Part shown: piece after piece, positions 30,939 through 39,346 of the stretch
Layout: every line of letters starts with the position of its first letter
How positions within the stretch are numbered: the first letter of the stretch is position 1
From: Patescibacteria group bacterium
GTDB lineage: Bacteria > Patescibacteriota > Microgenomatia > Levybacterales > UBA12049
Direction of reading: 5' to 3'
Length of the DNA stretch: 64,000 bases
NCBI GenBank assembly: GCA_035457005.1
Contig: DATICB010000008.1
Coordinates: 1,013 to 65,012, forward strand
Translations under genes and position numbers: made by a program
Notes under the pieces: model-generated
Told to the model about the DNA's origin: nothing
Databases searched by the model: none
The model's input: the letters and a program-made list of their open reading frames with translations, nothing else

Positions 30939-32252
30939 ATGAACATACTTTCTTCGTTTGCAAAAAGCGTAAGCCAATTAAGCCAGAAGCTAAATCTTGG
31001 TAATGGCTCTACCTGGCCAGGTCACTTGGCTCTCATGGTCAGGCCAACAATTGTTGCTGAAATTCTGAGCAAATCCCATACAGATGTTGTACTCATCATT
31101 GGAACAAATGGTAAAACAACAACAGCAAAAATACTCACAACAATTTTAGAATCATCTGGTAAAAAGGTAATTCAAAACACATCGGGAGCAAATCTTTTAA
31201 ATGGCGTCGCATCAACACTTCTCCTTCATACCAATCCACAAGGCAAAGTGTCTGCGGATTATGCTGTTTTTGAAGTTGATGAAAATAATGTTCCTCTTGT
31301 TTTGCAACACGTAATACCAAAAATTATTATTGCCCTTGATTTATTCAGAGACCAGCTAGACAGATATGGCGAGTTGGACAGTATTGCTAAAAAATGGAAC
31401 CATGCATTTAAAAGTTTGACTAATGAAACAACACTTGTTCTTAATGCAGACGACCCACTTATTGCCTACGTTGCAAAGGATGTAAAAGCACAAGTTTTGT
31501 ATTTTGGTTTACCACCAGAGACGAAAGGACAAAAAAAATTAGAACATGCATCTGATTCTATTTATTGTCCCAATTGTGGTCATAAATTAGTCTACGACCA
31601 CATCTTTTTTTCACACCTAGGCATCTGGCACTGTACCAGCTGCGGCGTTGTGCATCCCAAGCCACAAATTGTCGAACAAACATCCCCACTTCCGGGTGTG
31701 TACAATCTGTACAATACCTATGCCGCTGTTTTGGCAGCAAAAACATTGGGAATTGCCGAAAAAGAAATTACCAACTCCTTAGAAAAGGTTATTCCAGCGT
31801 TTGGAAGACAGGAAAAACTAACGTATAAAGGCAGCAATGTACAACTTTTTCTTTCCAAGAATCCAACAAGTATGAATCAAAGTTTAGTAACAATTGCGAG
31901 CATGAAGGCCAAACACGTTCTTTTTGTTTTGAATGACAGAATTCCTGACGGGCACGATGTCTCATGGATTTGGGATATAGACATAGAAAATTTTATTGAC
32001 AAGTTTGATACGGTTACGATTTCTGGGGATCGAGCATATGATATGGGTTTGCGGTTAGAATACACTCAGACATCTCAAACTGCAAATCCCAAATCTCAAG
32101 CACATACAAAATATGTTGTTGAACCCAACCTTACCCTTGCTGTTGCGAAATCTTTAGAACAAGTTACATCTGACGAAACCTTATATGTTCTCCCTACTTA
32201 TTCCGCCATGCTTGACGTTCGGAAGATTTTGACAGGTCGTAAGATATTATGA
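30939..32252 (+). CDS. murT: Mur-ligase-family lipid II isoglutaminyl synthase subunit MurT
   Basis: Mur ligase central domain (IIGTNGKTTT), Cys4 ribbon insert CPNCGH...CTSCG, C-terminal DUF1727-like region. Confidence 0.7.
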   Translation: MNILSSFAKSVSQLSQKLNLGNGSTWPGHLALMVRPTIVAEILSKSHTDVVLIIGTNGKTTTAKILTTILESSGKKVIQNTSGANLLNGVASTLLLHTNPQGKVSADYAVFEVDENNVPLVLQHVIPKIIIALDLFRDQLDRYGELDSIAKKWNHAFKSLTNETTLVLNADDPLIAYVAKDVKAQVLYFGLPPETKGQKKLEHASDSIYCPNCGHKLVYDHIFFSHLGIWHCTSCGVVHPKPQIVEQTSPLPGVYNLYNTYAAVLAAKTLGIAEKEITNSLEKVIPAFGRQEKLTYKGSNVQLFLSKNPTSMNQSLVTIASMKAKHVLFVLNDRIPDGHDVSWIWDIDIENFIDKFDTVTISGDRAYDMGLRLEYTQTSQTANPKSQAHTKYVVEPNLTLAVAKSLEQVTSDETLYVLPTYSAMLDVRKILTGRKIL

Positions 32253-33028
32253 AACAACCAAAAAACAAAATACTAAATACAAAATACTCACTGACCATCG
32301 GCTGGCTGTATCCTGACCTTATGTGTATTTACGGGGATAGAGGCAACGTGACCGTTCTACAAAAACGGTGCGAGTGGAGGAGCATTGAAACAACCGTTAA
32401 ACAAATCGGGCTTGGTTCAACAGAAAAAGATTTACTTTCTTGTGATCTGCTTATGATGGGAGGCGCACAGGACAGTCAGCAAACTATTGTTGCAACAGAT
32501 CTAGAAAAGAAAAAAGTAGCTTTGTCTACTATGATAGAAGAAGGCATTCCAGGACTCTATGTGTGTGGTGGTTTTCAATTTTTAGGAAAATATTACAAAG
32601 AAGCGGATGGAACAATAATTGAACAGTTGGGAATATTGGATGTCTATACAGAAAACCCAGGAGGTAAAAGATTAATCGGCAATATTGCAATAGAAGTGAC
32701 AGGACTACAAATAAAAACGACATTTGTTGGATTTGAAAATCATGGTGGTCGAACAAGCTTAGGGTCAGACGTTAGACCGCTGGGAAAAGTGATTAAAGGC
32801 TATGGCAGCAATGCTAGAGACAAAACAGAAGGAGCAGTCTACAGAAATACTATTGGGACATATTTCCATGGCCCAATTTTGCCCAAGAATCCAGAATTAG
32901 CTGACTGGCTTATTACTAAAGCACTGGAGAAAAAATATAAACAAACAATTGAGCTAAGTCCCCTTGATGATTCTCTTTCCAAAAAAGCAAGAGAGGTTGT
33001 TCTCACACGACTGGGAGTTTCTCGCTAA
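32249..33028 (+). CDS. gatD: glutamine amidotransferase GatD (CobB/CobQ-like) partner of MurT
   Basis: CobB/CobQ-type GATase domain; 4-nt overlap with murT. Confidence 0.7.
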   Translation: MKQPKNKILNTKYSLTIGWLYPDLMCIYGDRGNVTVLQKRCEWRSIETTVKQIGLGSTEKDLLSCDLLMMGGAQDSQQTIVATDLEKKKVALSTMIEEGIPGLYVCGGFQFLGKYYKEADGTIIEQLGILDVYTENPGGKRLIGNIAIEVTGLQIKTTFVGFENHGGRTSLGSDVRPLGKVIKGYGSNARDKTEGAVYRNTIGTYFHGPILPKNPELADWLITKALEKKYKQTIELSPLDDSLSKKAREVVLTRLGVSR

Positions 33029-33042
33029 ACATTCTTCTGTTT

Positions 33043-33393
33043 GTGCTATTTTTGCATTTTTGTTATTCTCTAACTATGCCAAGCATGGGAGGAAGTCAAA
33101 GACAACGAACAGGGACACGAACAGTTAGAGCGCGTCAGGTAGGTCAAGATGGGCCAAGAGACATGACTGGCGGTGAAGAAGGATTTTTAGCACAACCCCA
33201 GTCATGGCAGCGAGCAGAAAACAAACCACAAGGCATCCCCCAACGCGGCAAGCCGAAATCAGAAATAAGTATGACAGAGCTTGTTGCACAACGAAGAGCA
33301 AAGCAAACAGAATCAGATGAGGAAATACAACGGAGACTTATTTCAAGAATAAGAGAGCGAGAAGCAAGAAGCCAAAGAAATTCAGAATGTTAA
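33043..33393 (+). CDS. hypothetical Arg/Gln-rich protein
   Basis: 116-aa ORF, GC-richer, low complexity; weak. Confidence 0.2.
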   Translation: MLFLHFCYSLTMPSMGGSQRQRTGTRTVRARQVGQDGPRDMTGGEEGFLAQPQSWQRAENKPQGIPQRGKPKSEISMTELVAQRRAKQTESDEEIQRRLISRIREREARSQRNSEC

Positions 33394-33397
33394 TTAG

Positions 33398-33418
33398 TTA
33401 ATGCAATAATTGCATTAA
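33398..33418. promoter_or_regulatory. 21-bp palindrome TTAATGCAAT-A-ATTGCATTAA upstream of glutamine synthetase promoter
   Basis: Perfect 10-bp arms; ~27 bp upstream of TTGACA(33445)-17-TATATT(33468) hexamers, which end 8 nt before the ATG. Confidence 0.4.
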
Positions 33419-33444
33419 AACATTACATATTTATATTAAACACC

Positions 33445-33473
33445 TTGACAATTATTATAAATCTCTTTATATT
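33445..33473 (+). promoter_or_regulatory. sigma70-type promoter-like hexamers of glutamine synthetase gene (near-leaderless)
   Basis: TTGACA-17 nt-TATATT, ATG at 33482. Confidence 0.5.
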
Positions 33474-33481
33474 AATACAAT

Positions 33482-34915
33482 ATGGATGAAATAAAACTAA
33501 AAAACTTTCTCGAAATTCCCTACGACGAATTAGAAGAAAAAAATTTAGAAGCAAAACAAAAACAGTTTAGTGTCTCTCCAAAGCAACTGGAAAAAGAATA
33601 TAGAGAATACTTAGAAAGCGAAAAACGCATAAAAGCAGTAACTCTTTGTTTTTCAGATATTGAAGGAAGGTTCCACATGCTTGATTATGATAAGAAGTTT
33701 CTCTTATCATCTGCCGATAATTTAACGTTTGATGGTTCATCAATTCATGGTTTTACTCCACAAAATGAATCAGACCTTCGTTTGGAACTTGATTGGGGTA
33801 GTTTTATGTGGCTACCCTCAGATGTCTTTGGACCTGGAAAAGTTATTATGTTTGCAACAGTATTAGGTAGAGATAAAACGCAGTATGGATCTGATTTTCG
33901 AGGATTACTGCAGAAACTAACAGAAGACCTAAAGAAAAAAGATGGCCTTACTGCATATGCTGCACCGGAATTGGAAGGATTTCTCCTGGAAGGAACGAGT
34001 GCCGAGCAGGTGTATGATGAAAAGGAAGGATTTCAGGTAGTATCAGATGGTGGCTATTTCCATTCCCTTCCTCTTGATAAGCTGCGACAATTTATTGATG
34101 CCTGTGCTGAGGCACAGCGTGCAATGGGTTTTAAAAATGAAAAAGACCACCCAGAGGTTGCTCCAAGTCAGTTTGAAATGAATTTTTCTTACACAGATAT
34201 TGTTAGGGCTGCGGATCAGATCCAACTGTACAAATTAGTATGCCGTCAGGTAGCAAATAAAATGGGAATGACTGCATCATTTCTTCCCAAACCAATTATG
34301 GGCATTAACGGCAGTGGTATGCACACAAATTTTTCATTTGCAAAAAACGGAAAAAATGCCTTTTATGACTTACATGGTAAAGAGAAACTATCAACGCTTG
34401 CATGGGATGTTATTTCCCGACTTCTTAATCACGCACCAGAGCTTTGTCTTATTATTAATTCCAGCGTCAATGCGTATCGAAGACTTGATCCACATTTTGA
34501 AGCGCCAAATCAAATCAAGGTCTCACCATTTGACCGAGGGTCAATGATTAGAATTCCTGCAGGCAACGAGAAATCAGCTAGAATTGAAGTTCGATCTGTT
34601 GCGCCAGACACTAATCCGTATTTGTGGTTTTATTCGCTTCTCAAAATAGCCCTTGATGGTTTGAAATTAACAAAAGACAAAGATAAAAGAGAGAGGCTTA
34701 GGTATTTACCAGGAACAATTACAGATGCTCTTAAATTGTTTAAGTCTTCTGACTTCATGCGAAAGATTCTTGGTGAGGAAAATAAGGAAAAATTTGCTAA
34801 ATTAAAAGATGCTGTGTCAGAAAGAAGTCCAAAAGAATTAGGAACTCGAGTTAAAAACTCAGAAGTTATTTTCCATCATGAAGTAACCAATCAGGCTTTG
34901 TGGAATTCATTTTAG
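33482..34915 (+). CDS. glnA: glutamine synthetase family protein
   Basis: GSGMHTNFSF and DRGSMIRIP (NRsasIRIP-type) catalytic motifs. Confidence 0.75.
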   Translation: MDEIKLKNFLEIPYDELEEKNLEAKQKQFSVSPKQLEKEYREYLESEKRIKAVTLCFSDIEGRFHMLDYDKKFLLSSADNLTFDGSSIHGFTPQNESDLRLELDWGSFMWLPSDVFGPGKVIMFATVLGRDKTQYGSDFRGLLQKLTEDLKKKDGLTAYAAPELEGFLLEGTSAEQVYDEKEGFQVVSDGGYFHSLPLDKLRQFIDACAEAQRAMGFKNEKDHPEVAPSQFEMNFSYTDIVRAADQIQLYKLVCRQVANKMGMTASFLPKPIMGINGSGMHTNFSFAKNGKNAFYDLHGKEKLSTLAWDVISRLLNHAPELCLIINSSVNAYRRLDPHFEAPNQIKVSPFDRGSMIRIPAGNEKSARIEVRSVAPDTNPYLWFYSLLKIALDGLKLTKDKDKRERLRYLPGTITDALKLFKSSDFMRKILGEENKEKFAKLKDAVSERSPKELGTRVKNSEVIFHHEVTNQALWNSF

Positions 34916-35036
34916 ACTTATAATATTGACTTTTAATTAGAGAGAGACTATACTATTACTATGAAATTGGCAAGTAAAAAAGCACAAAATCAACAAAACA
35001 TCCTTTAACGGGAGGTTTGTGTTGTGCAAAATGACT

Positions 35037-35058
35037 ACCTCCCGATAGGGAGGTTTTT
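35037..35058 (+). terminator. rho-independent terminator (CCTCCC-GATA-GGGAGG + T6)
   Basis: Perfect 6-bp GC stem followed by TTTTTT; an upstream CGGGAGG (35008-35014) can alternatively pair with the 5' arm. Confidence 0.6.
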
Positions 35059-35079
35059 TGTGGAAAAGAGGTGAACAGT

Positions 35080-35493
35080 ATGATAAAAATTACAATTGGA
35101 CCATATATAGTAAAAGCAAAGCTTGAGGAGACAAAATCTCCCAAGACATGTGAAGCATTCAAAAAAATGATGCTTCCGTATAAAAGCAAAATTATCCACG
35201 CTAGATGGAGCGGTGAATCGTGTTGGATTCCTATGGGGGAATACAAACTGGGCGTGGGATTTGAAGAAGCGACAAGTTTTCCATCTCCTGGAGAGATTCT
35301 TTTTTATCCAGGAGGTTATTCCGAAACAGAAATTCTTTTTCCTTACGGCAGCACGTGTTTTGCTAGCAAAATGGGACAGCTAGCTGGAAGTCATTTTTTG
35401 ACTGTTGTTGAAGGAAAAGAACTATTGCCAGAAATTGGAAAGAAAATTTTATGGGAAGGAGCAATGGACATTCTGTTTGAGGAGACAGAGTAA
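35080..35493 (+). CDS. hypothetical protein (first gene of gatCAB operon)
   Basis: 138 aa, SD GAGGTGA 6 nt upstream of ATG 35080; no confident family. Confidence 0.5.
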   Translation: MIKITIGPYIVKAKLEETKSPKTCEAFKKMMLPYKSKIIHARWSGESCWIPMGEYKLGVGFEEATSFPSPGEILFYPGGYSETEILFPYGSTCFASKMGQLAGSHFLTVVEGKELLPEIGKKILWEGAMDILFEETE

Positions 35494-35535
35494 GATACGG
35501 TTGTCTGTACAACAGGCAAGATGTAGAATACAACT

Positions 35536-35829
35536 ATGACAACTATTGACGTAAAACACATTGCAAAACTGGCAGAACTTCCCCTAACACAGGAGGAAGA
35601 GAAAAAATTCAAAAAACAGCTTTCTGCAATTCTTGAGCATATAGAAAAGTTATCAAGTGTTGATATTTCACAAGTTGCAGAAACAAGCCAGGTGACTGGT
35701 CTTGAGAATGTCGACAGAGAAGACAGTGCATCTGCCTCCTTTTCTCAGGAAGAAGCAACATCGCAAGCGAAAATAAAACACAACGGACTTTTTGAAGTTC
35801 CTGTTATTTTAGAGGAGGCAGTGGAATAA
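35536..35829 (+). CDS. gatC: aspartyl/glutamyl-tRNA amidotransferase subunit C
   Basis: 97 aa, IAKLAELPLTQEE...LEHIEKL typical GatC. Confidence 0.8.
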   Translation: MTTIDVKHIAKLAELPLTQEEEKKFKKQLSAILEHIEKLSSVDISQVAETSQVTGLENVDREDSASASFSQEEATSQAKIKHNGLFEVPVILEEAVE

Positions 35830-35830
35830 T

Positions 35831-37234
35831 ATGTATGGACTAACAATTGCTCAGGCAAGAAAAAAATTAGATAACAAAGAGATTTCAGCAGTTGAGCTAA
35901 CAAAAGCAAGTCTGCAAAGACTACAATCGCTTGACAAAAAATTGAATGCTTTTCTTACTGTAACAGAAGAAACTGCTTTGGAATCTGCCAAAAAAGCAGA
36001 CGAAAGAATAAAAAATGGAGACTCCACTCCCCTTTTGGGTATCCCCTTTTCTTTAAAAGATATGTATCTTACCAAGGGTATTCGCACAACTGCAGGATCG
36101 AAAGTATTGGAAGACTACATTCCTCAGTACAGCTCTACTGTTGTTGAAAAATTAGAAACAGCGGGTGCTGTACTTATTGGGAAAAATAATCAAGATGCAT
36201 GGGCACATGGATCATCGGGAGAAAATTCAGATTTTGGCTCAACAACAAATCCTTGGAACACAGAATTAGTACCAGGCGGGTCTTCGAGTGGTCCAGCAGT
36301 AGCAGTTGCTGCAGGAATTGCGCCTTTTTCTATGGGAACAGACACTGGAGGATCAATCCGCCAGCCAGCAGCACTTACCAATATTGTGGGGCTTAAGCCA
36401 ACCTATGGCAGAGTCAGCCGGTATGGAACAATTGCTATGGCATCGAGTTTTGATACCATGGGACACTTCACCAAAACTGTTGAGGACAGTGCTATGGTTT
36501 TATCAGTAACCGCAGGAAAAGACGCAAAAGATGCAACAAGCTCACCAAAACCAATTGATGCGTATACAAAAGATATCGATACATCTATCAAAGGACTCAA
36601 AATCGGCATGCCGAAAGAATACTTTATTGATGGCATGGATGAAAAAGTAAAAGAAGCCACCATGAGTGCTATTAAAAAATTAGAAGAATTAGGTGCGGAA
36701 ATTGTTGAAATCTCTCTTCCTCACACACAGTACGCGATTGATATTTACTATGTACTGCAGACTGCAGAAGTGTCGTCTAATCTGGCACGATACGATGGCA
36801 TACGCTACGGTAATACTCGTGAATTTTTTGGAGACGAGGCGAAGCGGCGCATTATGCTTGGGACATTTGTCTTGGCGCATGGTTATTATGATGCGTATTA
36901 CAAGAGAGCGATGAAAATCAGAACACTTATTAAACAAGATTTTGAGAAAGCTTTTGAGAAAGTAGATGTTATTGCAACACCTGCTTCCCCAACAACTGCA
37001 TGGAAAATTGGAGAAAAAGTCGATGATCCTTTGGCAATGTATTTATCCGATGTGTTTACCGTTACCGGAAATGTTGCCGGTATTCCTGGATTAAGTGTGC
37101 CAGCAGGATTTGTAAAAAATTTACCTGTTGGTATGCAGCTTTTAGGACCAATGTTTGGAGAGAAATTACTTTTTCAGGTAGGACGTCAGTACGAATTAGC
37201 AACAAAATGGTACGAAAAGGAGCCAAATTTATGA
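35831..37234 (+). CDS. gatA: aspartyl/glutamyl-tRNA amidotransferase subunit A
   Basis: Amidase signature GGSSSGPAVAVAAG, Ser-cisSer-Lys triad context. Confidence 0.9.
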   Translation: MYGLTIAQARKKLDNKEISAVELTKASLQRLQSLDKKLNAFLTVTEETALESAKKADERIKNGDSTPLLGIPFSLKDMYLTKGIRTTAGSKVLEDYIPQYSSTVVEKLETAGAVLIGKNNQDAWAHGSSGENSDFGSTTNPWNTELVPGGSSSGPAVAVAAGIAPFSMGTDTGGSIRQPAALTNIVGLKPTYGRVSRYGTIAMASSFDTMGHFTKTVEDSAMVLSVTAGKDAKDATSSPKPIDAYTKDIDTSIKGLKIGMPKEYFIDGMDEKVKEATMSAIKKLEELGAEIVEISLPHTQYAIDIYYVLQTAEVSSNLARYDGIRYGNTREFFGDEAKRRIMLGTFVLAHGYYDAYYKRAMKIRTLIKQDFEKAFEKVDVIATPASPTTAWKIGEKVDDPLAMYLSDVFTVTGNVAGIPGLSVPAGFVKNLPVGMQLLGPMFGEKLLFQVGRQYELATKWYEKEPNL

Positions 37235-38574
37235 ACACATTCGACAAGCTCAGCGCAAGATACACACCTGTCATAGGACTTGAAGTCCATGTGGAGCTAA
37301 ATACCAAATCTAAAATGTTTTGCGAGTGCGACAACAACTGGTTTGGTGCAAAACCAAACACGCATACGTGCCCTGTATGCCTTGGACTCCCTGGTGCATT
37401 GCCGGTTCCAAATAAAAAAGCAATTGAAGGCTGCATTAAAATTGGTATGGCATTGGGATGCGATATTCCACTTATTTCTAAGTTTGATCGAAAAAATTAT
37501 TTTTATCCTGATTTGGCAAAGGGATATCAGATATCTCAATACGATCAGCCATTTTCAGAACATGGTTCCATTACTCTTTCCAGTGGCAAGAAAATTGGTA
37601 TCACCCGTGCGCACATGGAAGAAGATACAGGAAAACTAATGCACGAAACAGTAAATGGACAACACGTCAGTCTTATTGATTTTAATAGATCTGGCTCTCC
37701 TCTTGTTGAAATTGTTACTGAGCCTGATTTTGAATCAGCAGAGGAAGTAAAGGAATATTTACAAAAGCTTCGTGCCATTGTGAGATACCTTGGTGTTGCT
37801 GATGGAGATATGGAAAAAGGTGGTATGAGACTTGAGCCAAATATTTCTTTGCGAGCAGAGGACCAGAAAGAATTGCCAAATTATAAAGTGGAAGTAAAGA
37901 ATATTAATTCATTTAATTTTGTTGTTGATGCAATTGAGTACGAAATAAAACGCCATACCGAAGCTTTAGAGAAAGGCGAGACGCCAAAGCAGGAAACTCG
38001 CGGTTGGGATGAGGATCAGCACAGGACAATCAGTCAGCGCAGTAAAGAAGAAGCAGCAGATTACCGATATTTTCCAGAACCAGATATTCCTCCATTTGTC
38101 TGGACAAAAGAGTACTTGGATGGTTTAAGAAAAGAATTGCCAGAACTTCCCGATGCAAAGAAAGGAAGATTTGTAGAGCAATATGGTTTGACAAACTATA
38201 ACGCAGATCTTCTGACTCGAACCGATGCAATGTCTCGTTATTTTGAAGAGGTAGTAAAAATTGGCAAAGAGCAGTTAGTTGATGCAAAAACAATTGCAAA
38301 TACAATTATCAATAAAAAAATTGACACAGAGACTGTTTTACCCGCTGAGTTAGTAAAATCAATTGTCGCTTTGTCACAAGTCAGTGGTGTTTCTGATGAA
38401 GAATTGCAAACTGTTTTGAAGACTGTTCTAACACACAATGAAAAATCTGTTGCAGACTACAAAGCTGGTAAAACAAATGCAATTATGTTTCTTGTTGGTC
38501 AGGCAATGAGAGAATTAAAAGGTAAAGCAAAAGCAGATACCGTGCGAACGGAATTAGAAAAACTTTTATCGTAA
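37231..38574 (+). CDS. gatB: aspartyl/glutamyl-tRNA amidotransferase subunit B
   Basis: IGLEVHVELNTKSKMFCEC N-term, C-terminal YqeY-like domain; ATG 37231 overlaps gatA stop. Confidence 0.9.
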   Translation: MNTFDKLSARYTPVIGLEVHVELNTKSKMFCECDNNWFGAKPNTHTCPVCLGLPGALPVPNKKAIEGCIKIGMALGCDIPLISKFDRKNYFYPDLAKGYQISQYDQPFSEHGSITLSSGKKIGITRAHMEEDTGKLMHETVNGQHVSLIDFNRSGSPLVEIVTEPDFESAEEVKEYLQKLRAIVRYLGVADGDMEKGGMRLEPNISLRAEDQKELPNYKVEVKNINSFNFVVDAIEYEIKRHTEALEKGETPKQETRGWDEDQHRTISQRSKEEAADYRYFPEPDIPPFVWTKEYLDGLRKELPELPDAKKGRFVEQYGLTNYNADLLTRTDAMSRYFEEVVKIGKEQLVDAKTIANTIINKKIDTETVLPAELVKSIVALSQVSGVSDEELQTVLKTVLTHNEKSVADYKAGKTNAIMFLVGQAMRELKGKAKADTVRTELEKLLS

Positions 38575-38576
38575 TT

Positions 38577-39272
38577 TTGGCAGAAATAGATATCTCACCA
38601 TTAGATACAGAGGATGGCGTCATGCAGATTGCCATCTATCAAAGTTGGCTTGAAGGAACACAAGAACAAGTCAACGAAGGTCTTATTTCTTCAGAAAAAA
38701 GAGACTTTGATATTGCAAGTCTTTTGTATCAAAAAGACCAAGAGATCGCTTTACACAGAAGAGACAGCTACCTTGATCCCCTTACACAACTTCCTAACAG
38801 AAGAAGTTTTGACGAGACCTATCAGCAACTTATTCAAGATGGAAATCCTTTTGGCATGCTTATTATTGATGTTGATAATTTAAAACAGTACAATGAGGAT
38901 TATGGCCACGGTGCAACAGACACTATTCTTGCACAAATTGCACTTGCGATGAATACGTCAATTCGCCACGCAGAACATGACAGGAAAAATGATTTTCTTG
39001 CACGATATGCAGGAGACGAATTTGTTGCATTCTTTCCAGACATGCAGAATACAGATCAGCTACAACACGCAGCAGATAACCTGCTAACAACGGTTCGACG
39101 ACCAATAAGCATACACGTTGATGGTGTACATACATTTATGCTTCCGAGTGTTTCTATAGGAGGAGCAATGTATGACAAATCAGATCCAACAGTTTTCTTT
39201 GAAAAAGTAGATAGATTGGGACTGCAAAAAGCAAAAGAAACGGGAAAAGGCAGAGCTATTATTTTGCAATAA
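38577..39272 (+). CDS. stand-alone GGDEF-domain protein with degenerate AGDEF motif
   Basis: GGDEF fold (LIIDVDNLKQYNEDYGHGATD...RYAGDEF); TTG start at 38577 or ATG at 38622. Confidence 0.65.
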   Translation: MAEIDISPLDTEDGVMQIAIYQSWLEGTQEQVNEGLISSEKRDFDIASLLYQKDQEIALHRRDSYLDPLTQLPNRRSFDETYQQLIQDGNPFGMLIIDVDNLKQYNEDYGHGATDTILAQIALAMNTSIRHAEHDRKNDFLARYAGDEFVAFFPDMQNTDQLQHAADNLLTTVRRPISIHVDGVHTFMLPSVSIGGAMYDKSDPTVFFEKVDRLGLQKAKETGKGRAIILQ

Positions 39273-39321
39273 ATACTTGAAAAAATACGCAATACCGGGT
39301 ACACTAAAACAGCTTAATAAG

Positions 39322-39335
39322 GATCGCTTGCGATC
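39322..39335. promoter_or_regulatory. dyad GATCGC-TT-GCGATC 11 nt upstream of dnaE
   Basis: Perfect 6-bp inverted repeat directly in the dnaE 5' region. Confidence 0.25.
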
Positions 39336-39346
39336 GAAAAAATACC

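Noticed and set aside
34959-35246. 95-aa minus-strand ORF
   Set aside because: It spans the terminator/attenuator hairpins and overlaps the SD-supported start of the 35080 gene, so it is almost certainly non-coding.
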